Origin: Bacillota bacterium
GTDB taxonomy: Bacteria > Bacillota > Clostridia > DUPQ01
Length of the DNA stretch: 64,000 nucleotides
Reading direction: 5' to 3'
Assembly: GCA_036743175.1 (NCBI GenBank)
Contig: DAINQB010000001.1
Coordinates: 3,523-67,522 of the forward strand
The position numbers and the translations under genes are program-made. Of the stretch, positions 1 to 7,390 are shown piece by piece; the first letter of the stretch is position 1, and the number at the start of each line of letters is the position of its first letter. The notes below the pieces were generated by a model. The model had not been told where the DNA came from and did not search any database. It saw only the letters and a list, made by a program, of their open reading frames with translations.

Positions 1-69
1 CTTCATGTCAGTTACGCTTCTGATTGCTGTGTTGGCAGAATCTAGAATTTCCCTAAGCCTTTGTTCCAT
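1..69 (-). CDS. pheS: phenylalanine--tRNA ligase alpha subunit, N-terminal 23 codons; the gene runs off the window start
   Basis: Minus-strand ATG at 69..67 with a GAAAGGGG SD upstream. The translation MEQRLREILDSANTAIRSVTDMK resembles the helical N-terminus of PheS. It sits directly downstream of a T-box leader, the usual pheST arrangement in Firmicutes. It is absent from the ORF track because fewer than 60 aa lie in the window. Confidence 0.45.
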   Translation of the reverse strand, partial: MEQRLREILDSANTAIRSVTDMK

Positions 70-367
70 CTTAAACCCCTTTCAGCAGGTAAATTGTACA
101 ATAGGTTTTCCGCAATAAAAAAACCCCATCCCATTGGGACGAAGGTTATCTCCGCGGTACCACCCGATTTTTCGTAAAACGAACTCTCAAAGCATCTTTC
201 AATGCACGGATCTCTAACGGTTCCACCCGGCAATTCCTACTTGTCTTCTTTCAGAATGCAGCTCCAAAGTGAACTTCATATAACCGGTAAGCCGGACACT
301 CGCAGCCTAGATGTCCTTCTCTTAACAAACCTGGAAATACTACTCTCTTTTTCACAGCCTTTTTCTG
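70..367 (-). promoter_or_regulatory. T-box riboswitch leader (tRNA-sensing antitermination), presumably Phe-specific
   Basis: The plus strand at 152-169 reads CCGCGGTACCACCCGATT, the reverse complement of the conserved T-box sequence AATCGGGTGGTACCGCGG. Downstream on the minus strand there is a GC stem followed by a T7 run (plus A-run at 117-123), a terminator. Stem I motifs AGAGAG and AGTAGTA lie near 330-350 on the minus strand. Length is about 300 nt from the predicted TSS. Confidence 0.7.
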
Positions 368-373
368 TTTGAA

Positions 374-402
374 AGTATAACATAAGCCCTGAAACTTAAC
401 AA
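374..402 (-). promoter_or_regulatory. sigma-A type promoter for the pheS T-box leader: TTGTTA, 17 nt, TGtTATACT
   Basis: On the minus strand, -35 TTGTTA is at 402..397, the spacer is 17 nt, and the extended -10 TGtTATACT has its hexamer at 379..374. Confidence 0.45.
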
Positions 403-464
403 CCCGGCATTAATATCCCTCTTTTTATCATAAGTACCAACTTATTCATTTGGTTTATAACTTT

Positions 465-530
465 ACGATAATTACAACAGTTGTAAATATTTTCCTCTGG
501 TGTAATTATCGTTGTGTTATATTTCTAATT
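465..530. repeat. Copy A of a conserved 66-nt imperfect-palindromic intergenic element (ACGATAATTACAACAG, 16-nt core GTAAATATTT, CTGGTGTAATTATCGT, then TGTGTTATATTTCTAA)
   Basis: The arms 465-480 and 497-512 are reverse complements at 15 of 16 positions. The whole 66-nt unit is about 80% identical (53/66) to 18736-18801. The tail motif TGTTATAT(T/G)TCTAA occurs in all copies. Confidence 0.6.
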
Positions 531-604
531 TATCGGCATTGGTCTAATTTTAGGTTACATTAATGTGTTAATCCTGCTTTACAAAGTTATTGGTGAGTAT
601 AGTG

Positions 605-641
605 AAGGACAGCCACCTGGCTGTCCTTCATTTTGTTTATA
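605..641 (+). terminator. Plus-strand intrinsic terminator: 12-bp perfect stem GAAGGACAGCCA / TGGCTGTCCTTC, then ATTTTGTTTAT
   Basis: Perfect hairpin at 605-630 followed by a T-rich tract on the plus strand only. No T-run follows it on the minus strand, and no annotated plus-strand gene lies upstream. Confidence 0.45.
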
Positions 642-802
642 TTGGTGTTTTGTTAATCATGGTGGTCGGGTCTATATGTCTTTCAATCGTTCCGTTTATT
701 CCCGATGTCTCGCTATATATCCACAACCTCGAAATCCTGCTTAAATACCTGTTTCTCATAATATCATCTCCCAACGTTTCGTTTATACCCTTTATATTCC
801 TT

Positions 803-1168
803 TTAAACACTGTACGCATGGTTTTTCCATATTTCCCTTCTGCTTCTTCTAAATATACCATCTGCTACCATGATTACCAGGGCCAGCAGCAGGTTCACCC
901 AGAAGCCGCTTATCACTATACCTCCGACAATCGCATCAGCTATGACCAATGTCAGAATGTTTACAAAGATACTGGCTATTCCCAGGGTCACCAGGTTCAG
1001 GGGCAGCGCTATGGCTGTCAGTAATGGTCTTATAAGTATATTGACTAAAGCAAGTACCACTGCTCCGAGTAAAAGCAAACCCACAGACCCGGAAACCTTT
1101 TCAAATAACAGTGCAAAAATGCACAAAACCGTAAAATATATTGCTGTTCTTATTAAAAACTTAATCAT
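803..1168 (-). CDS. DUF360/YvlD-like small membrane protein (phage-holin-family-IV-like), 121 aa
   Basis: 121 aa with four predicted TM helices; a Gly/Ala/Ile/Leu-rich pattern typical of YvlD/DUF360 proteins. Last gene of a minus-strand operon. Confidence 0.5.
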   Translation of the reverse strand: MIKFLIRTAIYFTVLCIFALLFEKVSGSVGLLLLGAVVLALVNILIRPLLTAIALPLNLVTLGIASIFVNILTLVIADAIVGGIVISGFWVNLLLALVIMVADGIFRRSRREIWKNHAYSV

Positions 1169-1172
1169 TTCC

Positions 1173-1469
1173 TCACCATACCCTTATCAGAACCCTGACC
1201 TTGTCTCCGTTCTCTTCCTCTACATCCACATCAACCAGATCGTATCTTTCACCTGCACCTATACAGGATACTGCCTCCACGACCAACGGCATCGCCTTCA
1301 TTGCCTCCCTGAACTCCTTTACTTTATTGACTCCGAAGAAACCAATGAATTCCATTAACTCCATCAGCTGCCAAAGTAGTTCAGCGAGTATAAACAGCGG
1401 GAGGGGCAGCCAGAGCCTGAACCCCTTGACCCGGATGCTTACAATCAGCCAATTTCCTTTAGTCAACAT
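1173..1469 (-). CDS. hypothetical small membrane protein, 98 aa
   Basis: Has an N-terminal hydrophobic helix. Its C-terminus DLVDVDVEEENGDKVRVLIRV resembles the C-terminus of the upstream 146-aa protein. It overlaps the upstream gene by 11 nt and the same-strand downstream gene is 4 nt away. Confidence 0.35.
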   Translation of the reverse strand: MLTKGNWLIVSIRVKGFRLWLPLPLFILAELLWQLMELMEFIGFFGVNKVKEFREAMKAMPLVVEAVSCIGAGERYDLVDVDVEEENGDKVRVLIRVW

Positions 1470-1899
1470 AGATCTTTACCTTTGCTCCGCCTTTCCCGTC
1501 ACCCTCTGTGGCATCAATGTCAACAAGGCTTTCACCGGATCCACTTTCATCCAGAGCATCAAGGAGTTCAGCCAGATTGAGGTCATCTATGTTCACCCCT
1601 TCCTTCTCCATTTCAGCCTTTGCTGAATCAGGAATCATCTTTGTGAGTGAAGTAAGCTTCTTTGCTACATTCAACGGGATGTTTATGTTGACCTTCGCCT
1701 TTTCACGGCCATCCTGCTCTGAAGCATCTATCCTTACCCTGAACATCCTTTTCGTTCCCTTTGCCTTAGGTCTTTCGGTGCTTGTTTCTTCTGAGTCGGT
1801 TCTGCCTATTGCTTCTATCAGTTCAAGTGCTTCCTGTGCAGTTATCTTTCCATCTTCTACCATTTTCAATATTTTCTTCTTCTCATCCATTACAATCAA
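1459..1899 (-). CDS. SHOCT-like/DUF4097-like protein, YvlB-like N-terminus, 146 aa
   Basis: The N-terminal helix KKKILKMVEDGKITAQEALELIEAI is a SHOCT-like motif. The acidic C-terminal part is beta-rich. It overlaps the DUF2089 gene by 4 nt. Confidence 0.4.
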   Translation of the reverse strand: MIVMDEKKKILKMVEDGKITAQEALELIEAIGRTDSEETSTERPKAKGTKRMFRVRIDASEQDGREKAKVNINIPLNVAKKLTSLTKMIPDSAKAEMEKEGVNIDDLNLAELLDALDESGSGESLVDIDATEGDGKGGAKVKIYVD

Positions 1900-2279
1900 C
1901 CCTTTTTCCTTTCCTTTATCAATGCCGTTGCCTCGGCAGGCGTTATTTCTCCATCTTCCAGTTTCTTCAGGATATCTGAGTGATCCACTTCAACAACCGG
2001 TTCTTCTTCAAGTTTGTAGCCCATTGCCCTTATGACATCATCCAGCTTTCCTCTGACAGTGGGATATGAAATACCCAGTTCCTTTTCAACTTCCTTGATA
2101 CTTCCTCTGTTCTTTATGAATATTTCAATGAAATACTGGTCTTCATCAGGAAGTGAGCAGAATTTACATCCCTCGTAGTATCCTGAAAGTTCGCTTCCGC
2201 AGCTGCTGCAGGTTAGCTTTGTTATTGCAAATTCTCCGTCGCATACCGGACATTTCCCCGGAGCTTTGTACTTTGCCAT
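1896..2279 (-). CDS. DUF2089 family protein (N-terminal zinc ribbon plus C-terminal HTH-like domain), 127 aa
   Basis: CPVCDGEF...CSSCGSELSGYYEGCKFC gives four Cys pairs, a zinc ribbon, followed by a helix-turn-helix-like segment GISYPTVRGKL. SD AAGGAGGA upstream of the ATG. Confidence 0.55.
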   Translation of the reverse strand: MAKYKAPGKCPVCDGEFAITKLTCSSCGSELSGYYEGCKFCSLPDEDQYFIEIFIKNRGSIKEVEKELGISYPTVRGKLDDVIRAMGYKLEEEPVVEVDHSDILKKLEDGEITPAEATALIKERKKG

Positions 2280-2311
2280 TTGATGTTCCTCCTTCTTTCT
2301 ATTTCCTTCGA

Positions 2312-2434
2312 TCAGATGATTGCTTTGTTCATCATCAAAGTCGAATTTACATTTCTTTCCACTATCATTGCTATCTCATCAGTATTCTTTTTTAACCAGT
2401 AACTTGTTGTTATAAGTTTTTTCATTCCTGACAT
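2312..2434 (-). CDS. unannotated 40-aa leader ORF (MSGMKKLITTSYWLKKNTDEIAMIVERNVNSTLMMNKAII)
   Basis: ATG at 2434..2432 is preceded by a perfect SD AAAGGAGGA at 7-nt spacing, and the stop is at 2314..2312. It lies between a strong promoter and the DUF2089 gene and is too short for the ORF track. It could be a leader peptide or a small protein. Confidence 0.3.
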   Translation of the reverse strand: MSGMKKLITTSYWLKKNTDEIAMIVERNVNSTLMMNKAII

Positions 2435-2461
2435 TTCCCGTTCCTCCTTTAATATATCAAC

Positions 2462-2490
2462 AGTATAATCAGTATTTTTAATATTGTCAA
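2462..2490 (-). promoter_or_regulatory. near-consensus sigma-A promoter: TTGACA, 17 nt, TATACT, for the small-ORF/DUF2089 operon
   Basis: On the minus strand, -35 TTGACA is at 2490..2485, the spacer is exactly 17 nt, and -10 TATACT is at 2467..2462. The TSS would be about 20 nt upstream of the small ORF's SD. Confidence 0.55.
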
Positions 2491-2495
2491 CACAT

Positions 2496-2570
2496 TTTAT
2501 TAATTTTTTTAATTTTTTTATTAATTTTCCTTAATTATTTTAATCCGCGGCTTAATTTTTTTAATTTTAT
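2496..2570. repeat. T-tract direct repeats, several copies of TTAATTTTTTTAATTTT (UP-element or curved-DNA-like)
   Basis: Copies of TTAATTTTTTT(A) are phased at about 10-11 bp, interrupted by a CCGCGG site at 2545-2550. The region lies between two divergent promoters. Confidence 0.5.
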
Positions 2571-2588
2571 GCTGTTTTAAGCCAATAT

Positions 2589-2623
2589 TTTACAATTTAT
2601 GGCAATAAAATCTGTGCTATAAT
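2589..2623 (+). promoter_or_regulatory. Promoter for the CapA-family gene, extended -10 TGcTATAAT; probable leaderless mRNA
   Basis: TGcTATAAT sits at 2615-2623. The ATG at 2630 begins only 7 nt after the -10, with no SD, which is what a leaderless transcript starting at the AUG would look like. Confidence 0.4.
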
Positions 2624-2629
2624 GCATAA

Positions 2630-3865
2630 ATGAAGAAAAAGATACCGGTACTATTAATAATCACACTGGTGATTTCAATGCTGACAGCATCGTGTTCGTC
2701 TATTATTGAAAGACTGGACCTGCCCGAATCCCCTGTTCCGACTCCGGCTTCGACGTTGGATCCCGTGAAAACACCCCTGCCGGTCACAACACCATCACCA
2801 TCACCTTCCCAAACTCCGGAACCTTCCCCCATGCCCGATACATTCACCCTGATAGCTGCCGGAGATATAATGGCACACGGTGACAACCTGAAGGCAGCCC
2901 TTGATGCGTCCACTGGGAAATATGATTTCTCTGAGAATTATATATATGTAAGTTCACTCATCAAGGAAGCTGACTTTTCCATTGCCAACCTCGAAACAGT
3001 GACAGCCGGTCCTGATACAGGCTATACCAGCTATCCCCTGTTCAATACCCCTTCAGCAATACTTGATGCTCTTAAGGAAGCAGGATTCACTGCCCTTGTA
3101 ACAGCCAACAATCATTCCCTGGACCGTGGAAAACAGGGCGTTCTGGCTACCCTGGACGAAATTGAGGAAAGAGGTTTGCTGCACACAGGTACGTATAAGA
3201 ACCGGGAGACAAATTACCTGACTTATGATTATTCAGGCCATGAAATATCTGTACTTGCCTACACTCAGCATCTCAACGGCAATGAACCCCTGCTTGCAAC
3301 CGAAGACAAGTATATGATAAATGTCATGGACCGCGAATCAATCATCAGTGACATTGAAAAAGCCCGGGAGCACTCCAACCTTGTTATAGTTTATCTGCAC
3401 TGGGGAAATGAATATACAAGAAATACCGAGGACTGGCAGCCGTCGTATGCCCGGGCCTTGTTTGAAGCAGGTGCTGATGTAATCCTCGGTACTCATCCCC
3501 ACGTTGTAAGACCAGCCGAAACAATGCTGGTCAACGGTGAAACAAAATATGTCATTTACTCCATGGGCAATTACATATCAAATTTCATAAGAACCGACCG
3601 GAGGGACAATGCGATATATACAGAGGACGGTGTAATGGTCAGGCTGACCTTTTCAATTGATCCGGAAGGCAACTTTTCCCTGTCCCTGGCAGAACACATC
3701 CCGACCTGGCCATATAAATATGAGGATGACAAAGGGCTCCACTACGAGATATTACCCATCACAGACCCGGATATCCGCCTGCACACAGATGATTATGCCG
3801 ATGAACAGGCAAGATTATCATATTACAGGACAATGGAAACCCTCGGAACCTTTGAAATGGAATGA
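2630..3865 (+). CDS. CapA/PGA_cap family metallophosphatase (poly-gamma-glutamate-capsule-synthesis-like), probable lipoprotein
   Basis: Signal peptide with a Cys at MLTASC, then a Pro/Thr/Ser linker. Motifs LIAAGDIMAHGDN, ANNHSLDRG and GTHPHV are typical of CapA-type calcineurin-like phosphoesterases. Confidence 0.75.
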   Translation: MKKKIPVLLIITLVISMLTASCSSIIERLDLPESPVPTPASTLDPVKTPLPVTTPSPSPSQTPEPSPMPDTFTLIAAGDIMAHGDNLKAALDASTGKYDFSENYIYVSSLIKEADFSIANLETVTAGPDTGYTSYPLFNTPSAILDALKEAGFTALVTANNHSLDRGKQGVLATLDEIEERGLLHTGTYKNRETNYLTYDYSGHEISVLAYTQHLNGNEPLLATEDKYMINVMDRESIISDIEKAREHSNLVIVYLHWGNEYTRNTEDWQPSYARALFEAGADVILGTHPHVVRPAETMLVNGETKYVIYSMGNYISNFIRTDRRDNAIYTEDGVMVRLTFSIDPEGNFSLSLAEHIPTWPYKYEDDKGLHYEILPITDPDIRLHTDDYADEQARLSYYRTMETLGTFEME

Positions 3866-4579
3866 TCACTTTCCCTCAATCAGCACCCTGAATGTTTCCC
3901 TGCCTTCGCTGCCCCGGCCCATTATCAGATTGTCATCATGGAAAATTTCCAGGACTTCCCCGTCAGTCATTTCCGATGAGAAGCAGACAGTCATGGAATA
4001 CCTTTCATTTGACCTGAAGAATTCTTCCCCCAGACAATCAACGGTCCACCTTATGTATGCCGAATTGTTTGCATGACCAAGGATATCGATGTCAGAATAT
4101 CTGACCCTTGAAACGAAGACCGGTTCCGTTTTTGCGGGGACACCGGGCTTCTCAGGATTTACAAGCCCCAGGCTATCATTGGTATTGAAGGGGAAATCAA
4201 CCTGCCTTGCCAGATTCCTGTCAGGCCGCCTGGATGCAATATCTATAACCAGCCACAAGGTTCTTGCAGAAGCAAACAACCTTCCGTTGCAATGCATCTC
4301 AAAATCCCTTATGAAGAACAATCTTTCAATACCCGCCGGATAAGTAGTGATTTCAATCCTTTCGTCCATTGAAGGCATTCCAAGGATGTTTATTACAGCC
4401 CTTGACAAAACAAAGGTCTGATTTGTTACGGCTATCCTCTGCATCCCAACCCCCAGCTCGTGGGCGTGCAAAACCGCGCATTCCTGCATCATTTTGAAAA
4501 GCTCATGAAGTGCAAGCCTGCCGTTTCTGTCGCAATGGCTGAACCTTATGTCAAAATGCTTTGTGAGCCTCTCCTTCAT
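3866..4579 (-). CDS. acyl-[acyl-carrier-protein] thioesterase
   Basis: Double hot-dog acyl-ACP thioesterase pattern. The start is taken at the internal MKERLTKHF (4579), which avoids overlap with the upstream gene. Its stop codon abuts the CapA stop codon (convergent, zero spacing). Confidence 0.65.
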   Translation of the reverse strand: MKERLTKHFDIRFSHCDRNGRLALHELFKMMQECAVLHAHELGVGMQRIAVTNQTFVLSRAVINILGMPSMDERIEITTYPAGIERLFFIRDFEMHCNGRLFASARTLWLVIDIASRRPDRNLARQVDFPFNTNDSLGLVNPEKPGVPAKTEPVFVSRVRYSDIDILGHANNSAYIRWTVDCLGEEFFRSNERYSMTVCFSSEMTDGEVLEIFHDDNLIMGRGSEGRETFRVLIEGK

Positions 4580-4580
4580 G

Positions 4581-7385
4581 TCATATCCTCTCCAGGGTAA
4601 CATTCCATGATCCATCGGTCATATCCGATATTTCAATGCCCTCAGGAACCACTGCCCGGAAATTCCTGCCATTTTCCCTGGACCAGTAAACGTAAATCTT
4701 GCCATACGGAGTCGGGATGCTCCCTTCACACCATTCAAGGTCTGTTTCAGGAACTTGCAGTGTCATCCTTGCAAATCCCTGTTCAGATGGAGTGAGCCCA
4801 AGAATATATTTGATGAAGATATAACCGGGAGCAGAAGACCATGAATGACAATAGCTTCTGGTCCTTGAATTTTCATAGAAGCCCGGAAAAACTTCCCAGC
4901 ATGTCGACGAATCATATCTTAGCATCATTCCCCAACGGTCCCTGATTTCATCCAGGATCCGCCTGTCATATCCATTCCTGTGGAAAATCTCAAACAGATA
5001 GAAGAGCATGAAAGGCGAACCCGGTTCCAGCCAACCGTCCTGGCCGTCAAGAAGCTTCCTGAGAATAATTGACCTTCTCTCTTCGTTTCTGAGAAGACCA
5101 TACAGTTCAAGCATGACATGGGTCTGCATACTTAGGGTCTTTGCATATCCTCCCTCAACGGTCCATCCGTCTGCATAGGCCTGTTCCTTGTCAAGCCAGA
5201 GGTTTTTTTCAAGATATGATAGTAGCAGGTCTGCCTTTAGACTGCAGTAGTCTCTATCAGAAGCTTTGTCCAGCTTTGAGGCCATCGTTGCCCCGAATTC
5301 AAAGCAATGTGCCAGAAGTCCCTGCTGGGCAGTCACAACCCCGCTGTTTCCAATGTCCATTGGTGCCCAGTCAAGCATATTCCACGCCTTTATATCAAAG
5401 GCACCTTCATTGGATATGAAATTACTGTAATATTGAAGTGTCTCCATTACTTCATCATACAAATCTTTATATACACTTTCATCTCCTGTATAGAAAATAT
5501 ACTGCTCTATTGAAATAATCCAGTTCATGGTCCAGATGGGGATGGCGGTTTCCCAGTCCGTTGGCATCAGGGCTGGAAGCAGTTTGGTATACTTTCTTCC
5601 AAGGGGTACCTGCATTATGCAATGACGCAGCAGATCGTATTCACCGAAATAAAATGCACTGACAGCTGCACTGACCTGGGCATCACCGCTCCAGAAGGCC
5701 TGCTCATAAGTAGGGCTGTCTGCAAAGGTATCCTCAGAACACATGAGGTTGGTTCTTTTGGATATTTCAAATATCTTGTTCAGCTTCCAGTCATTGCAAC
5801 GGAAATTGCCATTCATTGATACCGGATAGCTGGCCTGGTTTACACTTGCTTCCCTGATTTCAATGACGTCCTTCTGGTCCCGGAAGGTTATCATCATGTA
5901 TCTGAGGCCCATCCTGACGAAGCTTGTATAACTCTGCCATCCTTCACTGCAGATATATCTCAACCCATTGTTAAGCCCGAAGGTAAAATCGATCTGCCCT
6001 TCGAACATATTTTCATAACAGTAGATGTCCATCACCTGCCCCTTGGAAGCCTTTAGGGTAAAACCTATGCTTCCGACGAACATGTCGTTGAAATCGAGTA
6101 TTATTGTTGAATCTGTTCCAGATGAAGGAACATCAATGGTCGTGGTCAGAGTATTCCCATTCAGGACATTATTGTGCATGGCCTTGACCGGGATTCCCCT
6201 GACCTTCTCCATATGCCGGGAAATTGAATATATATATTCATCATGAAAAACATACTTTTCATCAACCATATTAACGGGGAAACCACAGTCCTCCAGATCC
6301 GAAATGTCCATTGCTTTGAATATACCTTGGTTGGAATCAGTGGCACTTGACGAACCATCATAATCAAGGAGCCCCCCGTAGATTTCCTTGAACCCATCGG
6401 TTTCATTGGGGATGAACTGCACCGGTCCTACTGTGAAGAATTCGCCAAACTCCACATTGCCATCAAAATCGTATTCCATGTGGACGAAAAGATCATCGAA
6501 TTTTGCCGAAAGCTCCATTATGAAAAAATGTCTGCCGGCCTTGAGGCTGACTTCCCTCTTCCTGTCTCCCTTTCCTATCTTATATAAGACACCGTCGATT
6601 TTATAATCCCCATGCATACCGTTCCATTTGTTGTTCGGGAACTCAATGGTGCCCCGGCAGTCTTTACCGGCAGTTATATATGCTCCGAAATAGGCCGTCA
6701 TTATGGTGGCATTGGCATCCCTTCTGCCCGGGAACAGCGCCTCCCTGGTATTTACTGAAAGAACCCTGCCTTTCCTGTTGGTTTCAGCAATGGAAACAAC
6801 ATTCTCCGCAAGTATATTTTTTCTGTCGAGATATTTCACTGGCCTTCTTGTCAGTGCGCCCCAGTTGTCATCTGTCTGTACGGCAGGCTTCCAGCCTCCG
6901 TCATCGTAGTCTTTCTTCATCCAGTCAAAGGAAAAGGCAGATGCATTGTAATGCTCCATGAAGCCCAGATTAACGTTCCTCTTGACCGTCCTTGATATCC
7001 ATCCCTTGTCAAAAGTGCAAAGGACCTTCTCATCAGACACTGCAGCAACACTTTCGCCATCGATAATCTCAAAAGCAAGACCGCCTTTGTTTGCGATTGT
7101 CTGATAAGTCGACCATCCATAATCCCATACCCGGACCGCAATCAGATTCATGCCCAGGGAAACATCTGCACTTATGTCATATTCGTCGAAATACCACCTT
7201 TCAAGTGTTGACCTGATTGGACCTCTTCCGATTTCCCTGCCGTTTATATACAACACATATCTTGTGTCTGCACTGATTCTTAAAATGACCGGTCCGTCTC
7301 CTGAAATGCTGAACTCCCTTCGAAAACAGGCCACCTTGTTCTCACAGTCACTTCCGCCTTCAACCCAGATCCAATTACCCTTCAT
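4581..7385 (-). CDS. glycoside hydrolase family 78 alpha-L-rhamnosidase-like protein
   Basis: The N-terminal WIW...FRREF...YVLYINGREIGRGP motif is typical of bacterial rhamnosidases, and the length (about 935 aa) fits a six-hairpin C-domain. No signal peptide. The start is taken at MKGNWIW, which has an AAAGGA SD at 9-nt spacing. Confidence 0.55.
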   Translation of the reverse strand: MKGNWIWVEGGSDCENKVACFRREFSISGDGPVILRISADTRYVLYINGREIGRGPIRSTLERWYFDEYDISADVSLGMNLIAVRVWDYGWSTYQTIANKGGLAFEIIDGESVAAVSDEKVLCTFDKGWISRTVKRNVNLGFMEHYNASAFSFDWMKKDYDDGGWKPAVQTDDNWGALTRRPVKYLDRKNILAENVVSIAETNRKGRVLSVNTREALFPGRRDANATIMTAYFGAYITAGKDCRGTIEFPNNKWNGMHGDYKIDGVLYKIGKGDRKREVSLKAGRHFFIMELSAKFDDLFVHMEYDFDGNVEFGEFFTVGPVQFIPNETDGFKEIYGGLLDYDGSSSATDSNQGIFKAMDISDLEDCGFPVNMVDEKYVFHDEYIYSISRHMEKVRGIPVKAMHNNVLNGNTLTTTIDVPSSGTDSTIILDFNDMFVGSIGFTLKASKGQVMDIYCYENMFEGQIDFTFGLNNGLRYICSEGWQSYTSFVRMGLRYMMITFRDQKDVIEIREASVNQASYPVSMNGNFRCNDWKLNKIFEISKRTNLMCSEDTFADSPTYEQAFWSGDAQVSAAVSAFYFGEYDLLRHCIMQVPLGRKYTKLLPALMPTDWETAIPIWTMNWIISIEQYIFYTGDESVYKDLYDEVMETLQYYSNFISNEGAFDIKAWNMLDWAPMDIGNSGVVTAQQGLLAHCFEFGATMASKLDKASDRDYCSLKADLLLSYLEKNLWLDKEQAYADGWTVEGGYAKTLSMQTHVMLELYGLLRNEERRSIILRKLLDGQDGWLEPGSPFMLFYLFEIFHRNGYDRRILDEIRDRWGMMLRYDSSTCWEVFPGFYENSRTRSYCHSWSSAPGYIFIKYILGLTPSEQGFARMTLQVPETDLEWCEGSIPTPYGKIYVYWSRENGRNFRAVVPEGIEISDMTDGSWNVTLERI

Positions 7386-7390
7386 ATCGG

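Noticed and set aside
42-233. 63-aa minus-strand ORF inside the pheS leader
   Set aside because: It lies wholly within the T-box riboswitch and its terminator, and contains the conserved RNA motif, so the region is an RNA element rather than coding sequence.
590-1358. Plus-strand ORFs 590-1024 and 870-1358, and minus-strand ORF 637-861
   Set aside because: They overlap one another and the well-supported minus-strand DUF360 gene. Their composition is low-complexity and Ser/Thr/Ile-rich, typical of out-of-frame translation, and they have no SD. They are probably not genes.
2496-2570. T-rich direct repeats as a possible CRISPR or tandem-repeat locus
   Set aside because: The units are about 17 nt of pure A/T, with no unique spacers and no cas genes. 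This is consistent with UP-element or bent-DNA tracts, not CRISPR.
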